Source: the human T2T-CHM13v2.0 reference genome, Homo sapiens. Taken from it: 64,000 nt of DNA. A model generated the notes under the pieces. That model saw only the letters and a program-made list of their open reading frames with translations. It had not been told where the DNA came from and made no database searches. Made by a program: the position numbers and the translations under genes. The stretch is taken from the NCBI RefSeq assembly GCF_009914755.1, contig NC_060935.1. The stretch is one strand, 5' to 3'. This document shows, in pieces, positions 1-13,443 of this stretch. Numbering within the stretch: the stretch's first letter is position 1; each line of letters opens with the position of its first letter.

Positions 1-130
1 TGTATTTTTAGTATAGACGGGGTTTCACTATAGTGGCCAGGCTGTTCTCAAACTGCTGACCTTGTGATCTGCCCCAGCCTCGGCCTCCCAAAGTGCTGGG
101 ATTACAGGCATGAGCCACCACACCAGCCTC
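1..130 (-). mobile_element. Alu (left arm, cut by window edge)
   Basis: cctcccaaagtgctgggattacaggcatgagccacc. Confidence 0.9.
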
Positions 131-1454
131 AAAATAGTAATATCTAACAATTATTGAGTACCTACCATCTACTATTTACATTTTATCTCATCTTCACAAC
201 AACCTTTAGAGAGAGGAATTGTTCCTGCCCATTTTGCAGATAAGGAAACTAAAGCTCACTAAAAGTTGATCTACCTCAGCCTACATAGCTAATAAGTGAC
301 CAAAGGAAGACAGATTTTTAAAAATCCTCTTTATTTCATTGATGGGGAAACAGGCACAGAGTGGTTAAGCAACTTGCCCCATGTGACGTAGTTAATTAGT
401 GCTGATCCAAACCCCAGTCTATCTGCTACTGAAGCCCATGATATTCACACCATATCCAGTGACTTCTCCCTTTGAGTACATCCCCTTATGATGCAGCCAG
501 AATTGATTTTCCTAGAAAGCCCTGTCTGGGACACTCAGGAAAATGACTCTGCCAAGTGACCATTGAAAAGCCAACTGCAATTCCACAGCTCAGAGGGCTG
601 TCTCGGGACCTCCTGCCACTTGCTCATGACCCACAAAGTCCAACACTTTTCTCTCTGAAAAGCTCACCTCTCTGTGAAGATCACCAACAGGTTAAAAGCA
701 ATATCAAAAGAATGGGTTTATTTATCCAATAGTGGTTACTTCTGATCTTCTCCTGTGACTTCCCTATGGAGACTGGGCTGGATGGGGGAGATACCACACC
801 AGAGTGCATGATTCTTCTTGTGTGTGATCTGAGTGGCTTTTGCCGGATGCATACACGACCCAACCTGACTGCCTTGACAGGTGTGATATGAATGAGATGC
901 TCCGGTTATTGGTGATAATGAGACTTTTCAGTGTCTGTCAGTTACGGAACAATTCATGTCATCCAATGAACGGCATCTTCTCAGATAACTTGAGGCAGGG
1001 CTGCTGAAACATGGAACACTTTAAGGAAGTCATTGGTGCCGGTTCTGGAAGGGTTAACACACCCCAATGTGCCTGCCTTTGCTCTTCCAGCAGAGAGAGG
1101 AGGGGGTGGGCTGGGGGTGGGATGTGTCTCATTCAGACACATATCCATAGCAAAACAGTGGAGAAACAGTTTTAAACCATAATGCTCCCTGTTCTGGCTT
1201 GCATACTGATGTCTCTGGGATTACTTTTCCCTGCTCTGGCAATCTGTCACCTATAACTGGGGAGGAAAGGCAGGCATCAGAGAGCCTAAATGATTAAGCG
1301 GTGTAGTCTTGTAGACCTGCTGCCTTGCAGGTCCTTGACCTCATTAGGTCACTGATGGTGGGACAGTCCTGCAGAAACACCTGAGAATCTCTGAGGGTAC
1401 CTCTCATCACCCCTTCTACTGCAAATAATATACACAAAGGACATCCAGCCTCAA

Positions 1455-2037
1455 AAAATTAAACCTAGAATTATCATAGGACCAGCAATCCCATTTCTGG
1501 GTATACACTCAAAAGAATTGAAAGAGGGGAATTAAACAGATATTTGCACACCAGTGCCCATAGCAGCATTATTCACAATACCCGAAAGGTGGAAATAACC
1601 CAATTGTCCACCAATGGATGAATGGGTAAACCAAATGTGCTGTATACATACAACCTTAAAATCATTCAGTCTTAAAAACAAATGAGTTTCTGACATATGT
1701 TACAATGTGGGTCAACCTTGAAGACCTTATGCTAACTGAAATAAGCCAGACACAAAAAGACAAAATGGTGAGATTCCACTTATATGAGGTACATAGAGTA
1801 GTCAAATTCGTAGAGACACAAAGGAAGATGGTGGTTGCTAGGGGAAGAGAAAAATGAGGAGTTATTTTTTAATGGGTACAGAATTTCAGTTGGAATAATA
1901 AAACATTTCTATAGATGGATGTTGGTGAAGGTTGTACAATAACGTGAATGTACTTAATGCCACTGAACAGTACACTTAAAAATGGTTAACATGGTAAATT
2001 TTGTTATGTATATTTTACTACAATTCAAAAAAAAAAG
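1455..2037 (+). mobile_element. Old L1 (L1MB-like) 3' end
   Basis: cagcaatcccatttctgggtata...aaatgtgc...atggtaaattttgttatgtatattttactacaattc followed by an A tail. Confidence 0.8.
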
Positions 2038-5022
2038 ATACCTAGCACAGTGCATGTAGTCAGAGTACTTACAAATCACAAGGCAAATGAAAGAGAGCTG
2101 GGGTATTCATTGCCATAATCTATAAAGTATCCTACAAATGTTAGCTAAATGTGCACACTTGCTTTACCTTACTTATTCTTCAGGGAGGTATCATCAGCTT
2201 CTTTTGACAAAAGAGGAAATTGAAGTTCAGAGAAGTAAAGTAAGTTGCCCAGGTTCCATGGCAGTGATAGAGGGAAGATGTAAACTTTGATCTGCCTATC
2301 ATCAAATACAGTGCAATTTACATACTGCAAAATGCCTTAAAGTGTACCCCCTTTTCAGGGTGTTCACATGCCAGAGAGTCAGAGGAAGACAAATTCATCT
2401 GTTCTATGAAACATGGGAGACTTACCCTCAGAATACTTTAGAATTGGCCAAAGTAGAAGAAGTCAACTTGTAATTTATAGAACTAAAGTGTATATCTGCT
2501 CTGATAATAGCTAAATAGAGAGAGACCTGGAGAACTTCCCTACTGAAGATCCAACATCTCTCATGTGTGGCTTTGGCTGGCTTTGTAAGAAATAGAATCA
2601 GAAAATTCAAAGCATTCTATTTATAATCAAGAGAGCCATGCCTCCATGACGTTGGTAATAACCACACCCCATTGGTAATAACCACACACCACTGGTTATT
2701 TTTCTAAACCTACTTGGAATAACTTACTTATCCCTGGCCAGATCTCTCTCTTAGTTTGAAAAAGGTAATGATGTGTTATTCTCGCTATGTTTTTCTCATA
2801 GGTTTGAAGATCTTGGGGCTGTGTACTTTTCCCAGGTATTTGTTCCACTCTTAATGTTTATGTTAGCATATACATTATAGTCTAAGCCAGGCCTGGACTA
2901 CTTCAGCATAGTGGTTCAGATCATGAGCTCTAGGGTCTTACCACCTGAACACAAATCCTGGCCCTACCACCTACTAGTTATATGACCTTGGGCAAGTTAC
3001 TTCATTTTTCAGTTACTCAGTTTCTTCATCTGTGATATGGGGACAATAATAGCATACACTTCATTGGATTATTGTGAAATGTACCTGCTCTAATAAAACT
3101 ACCCACCAGGGTGCCTGGTTTAAAATAAACATACAAAGTATATTGGCCATCATTATTAATTTCTTTGAACACATCGATGCATCTTACTTCCCAAATTCTA
3201 ATGATATGGAAAAGATCTAAGATCACTTATTTTCAGAAGTGCACCCACTACTATTTGAGGAGAGGGAGAGGCAGGAACTGGGAGGTGAGGAAAGCTGGCT
3301 TTGAACCAAGTATAAGCATCACACATTCTCCTCTGGTACCAATTACTGTGATAAATTGAAGGTGACAAGTTATTTTATGACATAAATGCAAATCAGCATT
3401 CGCTTCACTGTTATTTTCCAATGCCCTGGCACTTTAATGGTCCCCATAAGTTTACTTCACTTGCAGCAAGTATCAGTATGTTCACAGTCAGCCAGAGAAT
3501 TTATTTTTAGGTGGGGAGTGCAATGAACTGAGCCCACTAGCTGACTTAGAAAAATGATCACATTTCAATCCACAAATTATTCACAAAGCTAGTTAGCATT
3601 TGAGCCTTTGTTGGTGAAATAATGCAATAAATAGAGATGTGTCAGAAGGGCTCATTTCCACCTGCCAGACTTGACTCTAAATATTAGGCATTCCACACAT
3701 TTGTGGGTGCCTGTGTGTTTATTAGAAAAACAAAAACTTATCCCAAAAGGTAAAATTCCCTGCAATGGATAGGAGACCATTTACTCCTCAGAAAACGCCA
3801 TGGAGAGAAGAGCATGGCTTCCTGTCTGTTGAGCCAGTAAAACTGCTGTACACCTGAAACTAATACCAGCGACTTCAACATGAAAGGAGACAAAAACAAG
3901 GAAAAAACCATTTGTTTGCCTTTCAGCACTGAACTTGATTTCTCATTCTGCCAGTTCTACCAACCTGTCATTCCTTCTTTATTGATGTTGATGGGGGGAA
4001 GAAAACAAAAAGTTAAAAAATAAAAAAATAAAAAGCAAACAAAACCAAAGAGACTGGCAGCAGTTGTCACTGTAAACAGGCTCTATACCTCTCCACCTGT
4101 CATTGTACCATTAACAGACAGTGGAAGCTGTTAAATACACTACCTAATTAATTTAAAATACAACTTCAGACAGACAACCCCTAATTGTTAAAAGCTTTTT
4201 ATTAGGACATAAAGATAATCATAGAATTAAGTCATTAAGAGTCATAATAAGGAAACTGGTGCTCAAAATGAAACCCGATCCCCAATGTCACCCTTCCTCC
4301 ATCAAGGAGTTAGCGGCTGCATTCATTCATTTATTTATTCACTAAATATTTAGTGAGTGCCTACCACCCTACCCCTGCCAGTGAGGCGCCAAAAAGAAGG
4401 TCTTACATTCTGAAGACAGGTGGCTTCCCCCCGCCCCTCCGCTTCATCCCTAGAATTGCTGTTTGTGTGTGTGACAGAGAGTGTGTGCACATGTGTGTAT
4501 GGTTTGCATGCTGAGATGCAATCCACGTGCAAGAGCAGGGAAGGCCAAGGGAAAGTGTAGTGAGAAACATTTTTAAGCACATCACAGAATGAGGAGACTT
4601 TCTATAAACAACTTTCCTTAGGTGCATTGCATTAAGCATTGCCTCTGACAAGTTGCCACTTAGAGACACAATCTTACCCCCTTCCCCATCCTCCAACTTG
4701 AAATCTGACATTGCTTCACATCAAATGTTTAATGTCCCATTGTTTGAAATAAAATGGTATGTAAGGCATGCGTTGCCATGGATGCAAGATCTGACGGTGC
4801 ATATAGAGCTTTCTGAAGCCGGTAACTTTGGATCTGCCCAGGTAACCAGGTGTTGAATAAGGCAAAGGGAGAACTGACCCTCCCGAAAGAACTTCCAGTG
4901 GAAAGTTCCTCCGTTGCAAACAAGCAGTAGAATATTTACCAGCAACGAACTCTTTCTTCTGTCTGCAGAAAATGTGCCTGCTTCAGGCTTTCCTCATCTG
5001 CTGTCAAAAAAGTCATTTTCTT

Positions 5023-5443
<421 letters not shown>

Positions 5444-5599
5444 TCATAAATGTGTCCATATCTTTTGCATGTTTGCGAAAGTTCCATTCTTAATAGCCCT
5501 AAACTTGATGTTAAGAATCTGCTTTTTTGTGGCTGCCAGGCCAGATGGTCAGGGGATGCTTCTTTGACTTTTGCTCCTCTAGCTACCTTCCTCAACCCC

Positions 5600-5908
5600 A
5601 GTTGTTGTTTGTTTTGTTTTGTTTGCTTGAGACAGGGTTTCACTCTGTCTCCCAGACTGGAGTACAGTGGTGTGAACACAGCTTATTGCAGCCAGGATCT
5701 GCTGGGCTCAGGTGATCCTTCCACCTCAGCCTCCCATGTAGCTAGGACTATAGGTGTGTGCCACCACACCCAGCTAATTTTTAAATTTTTTTTGTAGAGA
5801 CAGGGTCTTACTATGTTGCCCAGGCTGGTCTCGAACTCCTGGGCTCAACTCCTCCCGTCTTGATCTCTTAAAGTGCTGGGATTACAGACATGAGCCACCA
5901 TGCCCGGC
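5600..5908 (-). mobile_element. AluJ
   Basis: Diverged antisense dimer with J-type features (ctgggctcag/ctgggctcaa). Confidence 0.88.
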
Positions 5909-8769
5909 AAACCCAGTTTTGTTAAACTCAAATTCCCTGTGTTATAAGCCTTCAATCTTGGAACACATTGAGTGGCCTTTGTATTCCTGACTGATCCCTG
6001 ACAAAGCAGAATAATAGAAAGGCACACACACACAGAGGAGCTACCATTTTGGGGCCTAATGCCCAGACTTTTAACAGAGCTGTGAGGCTGCTGCCAAGCC
6101 CTGGGCCTTATCTGAGGAGCTGGCTTCCAGAGCTGTAAGACCTCTATAATCCCACCTCTGGCTTTTTCTCTGACTTCACCTAATACCAATCATTCCTCTC
6201 TCTCTCTCTCTCTCTCTCAGCCCCAGCCAAACCAGGCTATCTGTGTTTTGGGTCCTTTGACCTGCCTTATTCCACACTGACTCGGAGGCTTCACATCAGC
6301 ATTTGCTTTTATTTGACACCCTCCTTCTCCCCTCAGTCATCTAGCACACATCCTGAAGGCATTAAATAATCAGTCACTTCCTCGGGAAGTCATTTTCAAT
6401 ACCCCAGAGCACATACTCCCATTGCATTCTCTGTGGCTCCTTTCTTACTTATTGTTTTCAATGCCCAACTCCTACTAGTCTGTAAACACTGTGTGGGCAG
6501 AAACCAGGCCCAAAGAACGCACCACTGTATCTCTAGCACCCAGCGTCCTCCTGGGACATGGAGAGTGCACAATGAATATTTGTTGAATGATTTGTATTCG
6601 AAGCCTCCTCTTCGTGGGTAAATAATGTATTTCCCTCAGAACAGATGGTACCCAGTTTTATAGCAGGTGGAATTGAGCAAAAGGAAGAATTAACATATAT
6701 TGGGCACTTTCTTTACACTGTACATTGTGTCAAGCACTTTGCCTACATTATCATCATTTAATCCTTGCAAGAACACTATTAATAATATCTCCATTTTACA
6801 AATGAAGGAACTGAGGCTTAGAGAAGCCAAGAAACTTGGCCAAGGTCATATAGTTGCCCCAAGTCTCAATTCCTCATCCTCTGTTTCATCAGTAATTGTT
6901 CATGATGTCATATGGCCTTCACAGGGCTGGCAAAAAATGTCTCAGAAATAGCAACAGTTAATTTCCATAATTATGTGAGGTTGTTTTGAATGTGTCCTGA
7001 TATTCTATTTTGCCACTTTAGCAATGACAGGCTTGCATTTCTACATCGTTTAGCTACGGTGGCTTAGTCCTGACCTCTAACCTCCCCCGACTCTTTGAAA
7101 TTGCTTCATTTCTCTCCCTTCAAAGGGAGCCAACACTGTTTCAGTTAAGGGGCTCCACAACAATTTCCTTCCAAATCCCTCTTTTCTCAGGATGGATTGA
7201 GGTTAGTGGTTTTCTGAGAAGCTCCGCAACCCCCAACTCCACCCCTAACTGGTAGCCAGGGTGCATGGCCTGCTGGCAAAAGCAGGTGGGTGTTTAGCAG
7301 TATAGTGTCATGGCCAAGTGCATGGGCTTTGGAGTCAAATTATCCATTCAAATCCTGGCTTCACCATTTATTGTACGTTACACTCTCTGCCTCAGTTTCC
7401 TCATCTGTAAAATGCAAATGATAATAATATCTCTCGCATGAGATTGTTCAGGGGATTCAATGACATAAGAAATGGACCATGCTTACGGCAGTACCTGGCC
7501 CATTGTAAATGCTTGACAAATGTGAACGTTTGTCATTATTGATGCTGTGTAAGCTCTTGAGACAGAACGTAAGCAAGTTTTATCCTACATCCAAACTACA
7601 ACCACAGCCCTGGTTTTTGCCTTGTTTTGTTTTCTTTCTCCAAATAGACTTGAAGCTAAATATCCCTTGGCTGTTTGGGAATGAATTCAAGAAAGCTTAG
7701 CTCCAAGGGAGATGAAGAATATACCCTAGTAAGGTGAGCCACTGGTGTCCAGCCTTTCTTTGTTGAGGAGTTTTCCCCCTTCAACAGCACTATCCTCTTC
7801 TCTCATCTCTCACCAGTTCTCCTGTGGCAGAAAAATTCATTCCCCTTCTAACCGAATCACAGCTTTAATAAAGCTATTGTATTTGACCACAGGCTTAGAA
7901 AACGGTAATATAACATAATAAGAGAAGATCATTAAAGTTCTATAAAGCAAGCATTCAGCTCCTTCATTTCCAGTGTCCCTAAGCCTTAGATAAGGGATAA
8001 ACATTTTTTAATCAAAATCTAAATAACAGTAAATCTCACTTTTCGTTTTATTTCAACTGTTTTTCCAGTTAAGTATGTGGTGTTTTCTAATTTCCTGTGT
8101 AGATCAGATGGACTATAAAAGTTTTTTTTTTTAATTTTAAGTTTTCAGGGCACTTTTCTGAATGCAATTCCAGCACATGTCTCTGGTTAGGTTATCAGAG
8201 AGGTGAGCCAAGAATGATTAAAATTCTGGAAACTGATTTGTAAGGGAATAACAATAAATAAGTACTGTGAGGTAAACACACTTACTGTAGGTTAAATGGG
8301 TAAGCAACTCAGAAAGACTGAGAAAAACAGATGTTAACTACAATATTCGAAGGGTAGAGTTGCTCTGAGTCAGGAAAATTGTTTTAAAGGAAAACAGAAG
8401 CTTTTTATCCCCCTGCTTTTGCTTGAAACAGCAAAGGCCACAAGCTCCGAGGTCCCAGGCAGAGACTCAAGTCTTATTTATCTCTACCATTTGCTGGCTG
8501 GGTAGCCTTGGAAGTAACTAAACTTCTGAGCCTCAATTGTATTGTCTGTAAATGGCAATAAGAAAAACCTAATTATTCATGAGATGGTCAGGAGAAATCA
8601 AGAGGAATATTTAATGCAGTTAGCACAGTGTCCAACACATAATCAATTTCAAAATATCGACATTGTTGATGTTTTGTGGTGATACTTCTGAATAGTATCA
8701 CATTTCGAACAATGTAAACCTCCCAAAGGAATTGTTCAAAGAAAACTTAATTAAAACATTTTCCCTCCA

Positions 8770-9050
8770 CAAGACAGAGTCTCATATTGCCCAGGCTGGA
8801 GTGCAGTGGTACGATCTCAGCTCATTGCAACCTCCACCTCCCAGGGTTCAAGCGATTCTCTTGCCTCAGCCTCCCAAGTAGCTAGGACTACAGGCGCATG
8901 CCACCACCTCCAGCTAAATTTTTGTATTTTTAGTACAGACGGGGTTTCGCCATGTTGGCCAGGCTGTTCTTGAACTCCTGACCTCAGGTGATCCATCTGC
9001 CTTGGCCTCCCAAAGTGCTGGGATTACAGGTGTGAGCCACCGTGCCCAGC
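8770..9050 (-). mobile_element. AluS
   Basis: Antisense dimer, ctcctgacctcaggtgatcc. Confidence 0.9.
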
Positions 9051-9079
9051 ATTAAGACATTTTTAAATGGTCTGGGCTG

Positions 9080-9313
9080 AGCCTGGCATGGTGGTTTATG
9101 CCTCAAATTCCAGCACTTTGGAAAGCCAAAGCAGGAGGATTGCTTGAAGCCAGGAGTTCATAGTGAGCCTGGGCAACATAGTGACCCATCTCTAAGGCGA
9201 GAAGATTACTCAAGCCCATAAGTTGAAGGCTGCAGTGAGACATTATTGGGCCACTGCACTCCAGCCTGGGTGACAGCATGAGACCCTGTCTTAAAAAGAA
9301 AAAAAAAAAAAAA
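9080..9313 (+). mobile_element. AluJ with internal deletion
   Basis: Left arm joined directly to the middle of the right arm, followed by an A tail. Confidence 0.8.
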
Positions 9314-9379
9314 TTCTGGGCTGAAGTATAAAAAATCTAAATCACGGGTAAGCCTGGAAAGAGACCAGCAAACTGGGAT

Positions 9380-9570
9380 TTGACACTTCATCAACACCAT
9401 CATCAAAAAATTTTTTTAACTTTATTTTATGGACTGTAAGATGCATTTTTTTCCACATTTTCCAATCATGAAATCTTACAATCCCTAACTTTTTTTTTTT
9501 CCTTCTTAGTGCTATATGGATTGATGGTACGTATTCCAATGAATGGGATCTAAGTTTTGATGAAATATGG
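9380..9570. mobile_element. Probable MER104/Tc2-like DNA transposon fossil
   Basis: Terminal ...aagttttgatgaaatatgg resembles the recalled MER104 inverted repeat. Confidence 0.4.
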
Positions 9571-10117
9571 CATGAAGCATTAAGCTTACTGGCGTACTGT
9601 TTTGAGTAAATCAGCCCAAACAATTTTGGCTCTTAAAGAATTTATAATGTGAGGCAGACAATGTAAAAAGAACATTGAAGCAACTAAGTCAACACTGCAT
9701 GGAGACAGGGATGACTTGGTTCTTTGTGGGCAAAAAAAATAAAAAAGAAATTTAATTCTTTAATTAAAAAAATTCCATTTCACCATTTACTTATTGTGTA
9801 AACATGTTTAAGTTACTTAATTTCTACATATGTTCATTTCCTCCTCTATGAAAGGGGCCTAATAACATCTCTTGAAAGGTTGTGGTGAGGATTGAAGGCA
9901 TCACTACGTAAAAAGGAAAAGCCCTATTGGCCCTTAGCTTGGCACACAGGAGGCTTGGCTTTCATACTACCAAAACAGATGTCTCTATCCTCCCTGAGTA
10001 TCCCCCAATATGGAGGAGCCAGACCAGTCTTATTTTAAGATTCAATCAAGAATGATGTTTAGTCTATTCAGCCTGCTATGACAAGTTAGTCCAACTTCAG
10101 GGTTCTCATTGTAGATG

Positions 10118-10490
10118 GTGGTTTAGTCTGTTCAGGCTGCTATGCACAGTTACCATAGACTGGGTGGCTTAAACAACAGAAATTAATTTCTCACCGCTTT
10201 GGAGGCTGGGAAGTCCAAAATCAAGTCACCAACAGACTGATGTCTGCTGAGGGTACTGTTGTGGTTTGCAGATGGCAGTCTTCTCACTGTGTCTTCACAT
10301 GGCACAGAGTAGACAGAGGAAGCAAGCTCTTGTGCCTCTCTTTTTATAAGGGCACTAATCCTCTTCATGAAGACTCCACCTTCATGACCTAATTATCTCC
10401 CAAAGTTTCCACCTCCTAATATCATCACATTGAGAGTTAAGATTTTAACGTATGAATTTTGGGGAGATACAAACATTCAGTCCACAGCAG
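10118..10490 (-). mobile_element. MaLR LTR (MLT1A-like)
   Basis: ttagtctgttcaggctgctat...gactgggtggcttaaacaacagaaatt...ggggagatacaaacattcagtccacagca. Confidence 0.85.
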
Positions 10491-10784
10491 GAGGAATTGG
10501 AAGCATCTACTGTCTCAGCTCTTGTTCCAATTAGCAACCCATATTCTACTGATACTTTCCCTCTTCATGCGTTTCTTTCTTACATCTCTTCTGTGTAGCT
10601 GTCATGATTTACATGTCCAAATTCTTCTTGGTAAAATCTATCCTCATTACCAAATAGGTTTTCATAAAGTCCTAGTTGCTACAGAACACATACCTCATAA
10701 GCTACATGAGGGTAGGGTCACACCTGACTCATTCACTGAAGAGTCAACGGTAGCAATCACAGAGTGAAATGGGAAGGTGCTCAG

Positions 10785-11195
10785 TAGCAGGTCTCACCAG
10801 GCTAAAGTCAAGGTTTAGAGCTTGTATTCCTTTTTGGAGACTCTAGGAGAGAATTTGCTTCCTTGACTTTTCTATCTTCTAGAGGCTGCCTACATTCCTT
10901 GGCCTGTGTCCCCTTTCCCCCATTTTCAAAGCCAGAAATAGCAGATTGAGTTCTTCTTAAATTGTATAACTCTGCTTACTTCCTTTGTCTCCCTCTTCCA
11001 TTTTTAAGAACTCTTGCGATTACATTGGACCCACTGGATAATCCAGGATAATCTTTCTATTAAAGTGTCAGCTGATTAGTAACCTTAATTTCCTCTGCAA
11101 CCATAAATCCCCATTGCCATGTAACATGATATATTCACAGGTTCTGAAGATTGTGACATAGATATTTTTGTGGGTCCATTACTCTGCCTACCATA
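10785..11195 (-). mobile_element. MaLR LTR fragment (MLT1B/C-like)
   Basis: tctagaggctgcctacattccttggc...gataatccaggataatct...ttactctgcctaccata. Confidence 0.75.
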
Positions 11196-12248
11196 CTAAG
11201 TTACGTTTTTATTAATAATAGCAAACATTTGTGAGAGCCTAGTACGTGCCAGGTACTATGCTGGCTAAGCACTTTGTATGCATTCTGTCATTTTATCTTC
11301 ACAATAACCCTATGAGGCAGAAACAATTATAGCCCTAGTTTTAAACATGCCGTAGCTAAAGAACCCAGAGGTTTAAAAGACCTGTGCAAGGACAGAGATC
11401 TAATCAGTGTGAAGCCAGGATTTGAACCCAGGAGCAGGCCTAGTCGCAAGGCCTTAGTCTTAAGAGCTAGACCATATAATTGCAGGTGGCAAGTATATCC
11501 ACAGGAATGGATGAACTTGAACGAAGAAAAGAGGTTCCAAATAAAAGTCCAAGAGAGTACCGTAAAATTAAAGTGGCAGCTTGGTGGATGGTTTCACAAT
11601 GAATATCCACACTTCCTTAGCTGGAATTTCTTTCTTTATAAGTGACAGAAAGTCTTATCAGGATAGTCTATTAAAAAAAAAGGGTGGGTCAAGTAAACTG
11701 AAAAATGCAGAATTAGGGCTTCAGGCATAATTGGATTTAAGACTCAGTGATCTTATCAAGAGTCAGTTTTTTGAATCTATAATTTTTTTGAAAACTTTGT
11801 TTTAGAAAAAAGGAATTGGTTTTCTTTTTTTCTCTTGTGTCTACCTTCCTTGGAGTGGATTCTTCAAGTCAGCAAGATGTAGGGAAATCCAGCAGCTCCA
11901 GCCACTATTCCTCTTTCCTTCTAGGTCCAGCAGGAAAAAAAAAAAAAAGGAAAAAATATCCTCTTTCTCAGAAGTCCCAAGAAAAATCACATTGCCTCTC
12001 TGGCTCTGCCAGAGTCCTGGCCCATCTTTGAAATAACCACTGTGGTCAGGTGAATACAGATGCTAATTGCTTAGTTCTGGGTTGTAAGTTCCTTCCTAGA
12101 ATTACTCATGGAGTCAGTGTCTCTAGAACCATACAGATTCAGAGGAGTAGAAGAGGGATACTTTTGACAGCAGATAACAGACTTGCTTATTTATACGGCT
12201 GTATTATCTCACATAACAAGAAGTCCACAGGTAAGCGATCTGGGTTGG

Positions 12249-12783
12249 TGTCTTAATTCGTCTGTGTTGTTATAAAGAAATAACTGAGACTGGATCATTT
12301 ATAAAGAGAAAATATTTATTTGGCTCATGGTTCACAGGCTGTACAAGAAGCATGGTGCCAGCATCTGCATCTGGTGAGAGCCTCAAGCTGCTTCCCCTTA
12401 TGGTGGAAGATGAAGGGGAGCCTGTCACAGAGCGAGAGCAGGAAGAGGGAGGGGGAGAGAGAGAGAGGGAGAGAGAGAGAAAGAAGGAGAAGGAGAAAGA
12501 GAAAGAGAAGGAGAAAGAGGAGAAGGAAAAGGAGAAGGAGAAGGAGGAGGAGGTGACAGCCTCCTTTCCACAATCGGTTCTCAGAGGGGCAGGGCAGGAG
12601 GTAGGGGGAGACAAAATGGGAATTAATTAACTCCCTTGAGAATGGCACCAAGCCCTCCATGAAGGATCCACCCCCATAATCCAAACACCTTCCACCAAGC
12701 CCCGCCTCCAACACTGGGGATCAAATTTCAAATTTCAACATGAGACGTGGCAGGGCCAAACAAACCATATCCAAATCATAGCA
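12249..12783 (-). mobile_element. MaLR LTR (MST family) with internal GA-rich expansion
   Basis: ttggctcatggttcacaggctgtacaagaagcatggtgccagcatctgc...gggatcaaatttcaa...ccatatccaaatcatagca. Confidence 0.85.
12436..12555 (+). repeat. Homopurine (GA/GAGAAG)n low-complexity tract
   Basis: ~115 nt of almost pure G/A. Confidence 0.95.
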
Positions 12784-13443
12784 CTGGGTGACATAGCAGT
12801 TGGATAAATCCAAAGCTTAATAATGTCGGGGGTCTAGGTGTTTCTCTATGGTCTCTTACTCTCATGATTATAAGATGGCTTCCATAGCTTGTTCCTCACA
12901 AGATCCTAAAGCAGGAAGGAAGGGACAGGGCTTTCCTCTTGCAAGTCTCTTTCTTCTGTTTAGAAAAGGAAATCTTTTCCAGAAGTGCCCCGATGAGACT
13001 TGCCTTAATGCCTCATTAGCCAAGGCTTGGTCACATATACACCTCAAAACCTATTACTGGCAAAAGAGGTTGGGATTCTCATGATTGGCTTAGCTCTATG
13101 ATGGTTCATGCTCCAGGGCTGAGGATGTTAATATCTAAATATCTGGAGAGATGAGAGTTCTGTTAGTAGGGAAGCTGGGTTTTAACCAGCTATGTGTGCC
13201 TCAGCTCCCTGAGGCAAACTGGGGAGTTGGTTACCAGAAGGAGGCTGAGGGGACACCAGGTAGAAAAAACAATGAATGTCTATTAGAACTAAACGGAGAG
13301 CAAAGACAGTTCAAGACCTGGAACATACTAGGCACTCAGTGGGGAATTCACAGAGTTCAAAAACCAAATTGAGAAGAACGGGAATTGTCTCAGAGCTTTA
13401 GGTTTAAATATGGACTGGCAGAACCAACACGGACCACACAGAT

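Noticed and set aside
12270-12714. Four overlapping ORFs with poly-EK/R/SF/L
   Set aside because: Produced by the purine microsatellite inside an MST LTR.
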